This document shows, one piece after another, positions 59,306 to 64,000 of a stretch of DNA of 64,000 nt. Made by a program: the position numbers and the translations under genes. Source of the DNA: the human T2T-CHM13v2.0 reference genome, Homo sapiens; the NCBI RefSeq assembly GCF_009914755.1, contig NC_060936.1; one strand, 5' to 3'. Numbering within the stretch: the first letter of the stretch is position 1; the number at the start of each line of letters is the position of its first letter. Under the pieces are notes generated by a model. It saw nothing but the letters and a program-made list of their open reading frames with translations, was not told the DNA's origin and did not search any database.

Positions 59306-59843
59306 AAATTGTGGCTACGTAGAAAAAGTGTCAACTTACATTTTCAGATGTCCCAGCCAGGCCGTGTGGCTGCTTGGCCACCTTAAGCCACTTGTGCTTG
59401 GGGTTGTCGGGGACCTTATCCAATTTTCACTCCCCTCGGGGGAAGTTGTCTCACTGTGCTGGGAGGATTTGTGTTCCCAGGGCAGAGACCAGCGCTCTGA
59501 CCCACCCCTCTTGCCTAGCAGGGTTAGTGGACCTGGGTGTCTCTCTGGACACATCCTCCAGTGGCCTGGACCTGCCCATGAAGGTGGTGGACATGTTCAG
59601 GTGCTGTTTGCCTGCGTGTGCCATGAACTTCAAGTGGTAGGAGCAGAACCCCAATCTTTCTGGGGATAGCTTCACAGATCCACCTTTGAGGGGGAAGCAG
59701 TGCAGAGTGAGCTGCCCACAGTGAGGCCCTGCCCCTCGGTCAGTCCAGCACACACTGGAGGCCACGAGGAGGAGCGCTGCGGTTGCTGTGGCTGGGCTGA
59801 GCCTCACTGAAGTAGTTGCTTCCATTTAGAGCTCATGTTATAT

Positions 59844-59911
59844 TTAGGTTGGTACAAAAGTAATCACGGTTTTTGCCATTAAAAATGGCAATTACTTTTG
59901 CACCAACCCAA
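59844..59911. mobile_element. MADE1 (Hsmar1 MITE), internally deleted
   Basis: ttaggttggtacaaaagtaat...attacttttgcaccaacccaa inverted termini. Confidence 0.88.
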
Positions 59912-61139
59912 TATGAAAAAAAAAAGTACCTTAAATACAAGAACTCCACTCAGGGCTTTTGCTCCTAGAGTAGAATTGGCGGGAATTGCCTGCAGGCTTA
60001 CATGGTTTTCTTTGTTTTTCTCTCCCACCATGTCCCTTTTGGCCAAGCTCACGTGCTGGGTTTGAATGAGTTAAATGAGTGTCATGCTGTGGCCTCACTG
60101 CACCCAGCATAGACGGGTGTTTGGAAGGGCGGCGTTAGAGGAGATTCTAGAAGCAGTAGCCCCAGCACAAGTTGAGCCCTTGGCCCCTGCTCAGGAGCCA
60201 GCTCCTGGATGGGATTCAGGGATGCGAGCCCCTCATGTGAGCTGAGCTCAGGGAATGTTGGGATCAAATCTGGTGTCCTAGAAAAGTCATCTTTTATGTG
60301 CTGAACCAGTCCCCAGGGGGTTGCCTTTACTTGTTCCATGGCCATGGAATTAAGAAAAACATGCAAAAATAATTCTTCAGTCCTTGAAGAGCATCCAGCA
60401 CAGAAGGTACAAACCTTCCTTAAGGCTCTCTCCTCAAATCGATTTGGTCATTTTGATGTGCACCCCCCCAGGCCTTTATACCCTTCAGATGCCAAATCTA
60501 AGAACCAGCTCCCAGAAACCACACACCCTGTTCCAACCCCCAGCCTGGCTTGAGCGTGGGGTGGGTGGGAGCCCAGCTGGGCACCCCAGGCGTCTGGTGT
60601 CTTCCCCAGGCAGCTCTCAGGCTCCCTTGGTTCTCTCTGCAGTTTACATGAGCTGGTGAAACATGAAGAAAATGGCCTGGTCTTTGAGGACTCAGAGGAA
60701 CTGGCAGCTCAGCTGCAGGTAGCCATGTCTGCCACCACGCCAGGGTGGACAGGGTTCTGGAGACTGACATAGAGCCACGCTCCCTGATCCCTGCTTCACA
60801 CAGCCAGGGTGGGACCATGCAGGGTCTGGTGGAAAAGCTAGGGAGGGAGCAGAAGTCACAGAGGCTTCCTACTCTGCTGTCCTGTTTCGGTACAGTAGGC
60901 TCGGGAAAGTTAGGACACACCCCCACCTGCCCTCTGGATTTATGGAGCTGAGACTCCACAAATGATGCTGGAGCCGGGTGGGCCGGGCTGCAGTTTAGGA
61001 AGTGATCAGGATCAGGTAGGTGCGTGGGCAGAGGGAACTTCTGGGATCAGCCTTGAAAGATGGGTGGAATTCTGCAAAGGTTACTTGTTTCTTATTGCAA
61101 AAAGTAATACACCATTCTTGTCAACAGAATGATTGGGAG

Positions 61140-61340
61140 GATTTTCAGTAAAGGTCCAGGTCAGAAGTCATTTAGACAGGGTCCCCCAGTCTCTGTCAGA
61201 ACCATGGTACTCTGTTGTGGTGTGAAAGTAGCCACAGATCATCTGTAGATTAAGGGGTGTGGCTTTGTTCCAATAAAGCTTTATTTACAAACACAGGCTG
61301 TGGGCTGGCTTTGGCCTGCAGGCTGTAGTTTGTGATCCTT
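61140..61340. mobile_element. MER58A-type hAT DNA element
   Basis: ttttcagtaaaggtccag...tgttccaataaagctttatttaca...ggcctgcaggctgtagtttg. Confidence 0.75.
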
Positions 61341-61685
61341 GATTCAGACAGTTTAGCAAGGCTGAAAAGAACACACACACCCCCTTGTTACCCACAGATG
61401 GGTGGGACTGTGTTGGCCAGAGGCCGAGAGGAGGGTGCTCACAGGGGAACGTACAGCATGTAGAGGCCGGAAGGTGCTCCAGGGCACCAAGTGTGGGAAA
61501 GTGGGACATACGGGGAAGTTTCCAGAAAGCATGATGTCACGTTGGAGGCGGAGCGCTGCTGGGTTGTGAAGGGTCTCAAGTCCAAGTGAGGGAGTTAGGG
61601 ACTTGGGAGGGGTTGTTGTTGGGTCGGGGACCTGGGGTCAGCCAGGTGGTGACCTGGGATGGGATGGGGACAGGCAATGAGGTAA

Positions 61686-61787
<102 letters not shown>

Positions 61788-62578
61788 TGATGGGATGAGA
61801 GCTGGGTGCAGACTATGCTCCCTTTGGTTATGGACACATAACTCCTGGGCCAGAGGCTAAAACCCCAGGGCCCCTGCTGTCCTTCCCGCAGCTTCTTCTT
61901 GGAGTCTCAGGGCAAACCCTTTCGAGCAGCGCCTCCCAGTGGCCAGAAGCTGAAATGACGGCAGTGGTGCCACCTGGTGAATGACCCGGGAAGCTGTGGT
62001 GGGCCCTGATTTCTTCTTTGGAGTCTCTGAAACGCTTCCTGTCTTCTTCTGTTCTTCACGCCCCATGCCCCGGCTAGCGTATTACTGTTCTGTGACTTCC
62101 CTGTGACCTCTGCAGTACTCCTCATCCTGCATTTGGTATCCAGGTGTCACCTGTCTGCCGTGTTCCTAACACTTTGATTCCTGTCTTGAAAAAAGCACCT
62201 GCTGCACCATAAGCCCTGGGATGTGGCAGCTGCAGCGGGCTTGGCTTTCTGAGGAACCAAGTGTGTCCACGTTGGGGGAACGTCATACTTGATACACACG
62301 TTTTTATTTGCACAAAGAAAATGCTATTTTTGGAGCCAGAATTTTCATGTCTGATTTATGGTGCTTTTCTTAAGAACCAGAACTACTGGCAGAAAGGCGG
62401 CACCCACACGCTTAGACAGCTGATATCTTATTAGAGGGCAGTTTGTGGTTCCTGATTTGGAATTTAACAATCTCCAAACATTCCAGTCCAATGAAAGTTT
62501 TAGCCGCTTTCCCATATAAAAATTCTTCCCATGAGAGTGACTTGATTCTTACAATCCCGTTAGAGTCGTGTGTGAGTC

Positions 62579-62679
62579 CTACAGTGTGAGGTTCAGCATT
62601 GCCATCTCCAAGTGCTCTCCGTAGGGAAACAGTTTCTGGTCATGATGAGCTTCTGCTTCCCATCTGATCCCGGCCCAGC
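62579..62679 (-). pseudogene. FAM86FP: Last coding exon of a FAM86/EEF2KMT paralog (rest of gene lies beyond the window)
   Basis: ag|GC TGG GCC GGG ATC... = (G)WAGIRWEAEAHHDQKLFPYGEHLEMAMLNLTL*. It is tail-to-tail with the ALG1 copy, as at the parental locus. The symbol is inferred from context. Confidence 0.85.
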
Positions 62680-63162
62680 CTGGAAACAAAGCACGTGTTT
62701 AAGGATGGCGGTGTTTGGGGACAGGACATGAGCGTTTTGTGTGGGGCTGCTAGGACAGGCCTGGCGGGGTGGGGGGTGTCTAAGTCAGTTTACTTGTTTC
62801 ACAGGTTCCCAGGCCCACCCACATACCTAGAATTGGCCTCCAGGATGGGACCAGACATCTGGTTTTGCATAGAAATGGCTAGCAGCAGGCACCATGCCGC
62901 TGTCCACTCTCTGCCTGTGTCTGCCCCAGCACTTGGCACAGCAGGACAGAAGCAGAGATCTGAACCCACATCTACCTGGCTGCTCAGTCAACTCACTCTT
63001 CGCAAAGCTTAGAAAGTGGCAGGGCACAGCCAGACTCTGTCTCAAAAAAAAAAAAAAAAAAAAGGTTGGTTGGGGCTTATACTATGTGTGCTGCTTGGCA
63101 CTGTTTTTTTCACTTAAAAGATATTGCAGGTTTTTTTCACGTAAGTATCTGAAGAAAGACTT

Positions 63163-63483
63163 CCTTTTTTTTTTTTTTTTTTTTTTGCTTTTTTGCTTTT
63201 TTGAGACAGGGTCTTGCTCTGTTGCCCACGCTGGAGTGCAGTGGTTAGATCAGGGCTCACTGCAGCCTCCACTTCATGGGCTCAAGCCATCCTCCCACCT
63301 CAGCCTCCTGAGTAACTGGGACTACAGGCATGTGCAACCACATCTGGCTAGTTTCTGTATGTTTTGTGAAGACGGGGTCCCACTATGTGGCCCAGGTTGG
63401 TCTTGAACATCTGGGGTCAAGTAGTCCTCCTGCCTTAGCCTCCTAAAGTGCTGGGATGACAGGCCTGAGCCCCACGCCCAGCC
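63163..63483 (-). mobile_element. AluJ-like element
   Basis: Diverged reverse dimeric Alu with poly(T). Confidence 0.85.
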
Positions 63484-64000
63484 AGCCTCCTGTGCGAGGT
63501 TGTGCGGGACTCTGTCATGGAACCCAGTATGCCTTCATGTGCTGGCTTGTTTGTTGACTCTGTAGTTAACGGGCTGCCCCACGTGGGCAGGTACTGGGTC
63601 GTCTGTGTCTCTGTGTGCAGGCAGAGGCTGCTGCGAGTGCATCTGTGCAGATGGCTGCCAGGAGGGGCTGTGCTCAGGGGGAGCTGGGGCAGAGGCTGGT
63701 GGCAATGGGGGGCTTGGGTGTAGTGTGGAGGCACTAGAGCCAGGTGGCCGGGCTGCAGTCTGCGGGAGCTCGGGGGTCGCTTGGCCTCTGTGTGTCCCAG
63801 TGTCTTTGTCGGTGTGATGGGACAATGACAGCACACCCTCACAGGTGCTGGGGGCTGACAAATGTCAGGTCTGAGGACAGTGGCTGGCCCACTACGGGAC
63901 CAGTTTCCCTTCTCTATAGTCACCCTGCTCGTCTTCCATCAACTGGGTGCTCAGGACAGTGGCGTGGAGGATCCGCCTGTACAGCCTGTGCTCCAGCATC

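Noticed and set aside
59844-59911. Possible miR-548 hairpin
   Set aside because: MADE1 with an asymmetric deletion; flanks do not match any miR-548 precursor I recall, and there is no evidence of processing.

Overview
Human (hominid) genomic DNA: a mosaic segmental-duplication block. Gene order and the proteins I can splice by hand match the 12p13.31 locus as I recall it, which is paralogous to the 8p23.1 REPD/REPP duplicons. From left to right: ZNF705A (+, 5 coding exons, 300 aa KRAB-C2H2); the CpG-island start of the FAM66-type lncRNA (+); a DEFB109 beta-defensin copy (-, 2 exons, frame intact but GTG start); one FAM90A repeat unit carrying FAM90A1 (-, 464 aa) and a HERV-K LTR5A solo LTR; a 5'-truncated ALG1-like pseudogene (+); and the last exon of a FAM86/EEF2KMT paralog (-). 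Mobile DNA includes a full-length SVA, a near-consensus AluYa5-lineage insertion, HSMAR2, MADE1, MER4A, THE1D-type MaLR, L1 and L2 fragments and many older Alus. The most notable features beyond this gene set are: (i) a multi-exon PRR23D-like gene relic at about 24.5-25.5 kb, (ii) a DUX4-motif + TATA promoter upstream of FAM90A1, (iii) 102-bp terminal redundancy that marks one 7,639-bp FAM90A unit, with a hairpin at the ALG1 fusion junction, and (iv) an old degenerate ~80-bp satellite-like family between modules, including an internal paralog that preserves the empty Alu and SVA sites. Gene and repeat identities come from recalled sequences, not database searches. Most ORF-track entries are spurious.
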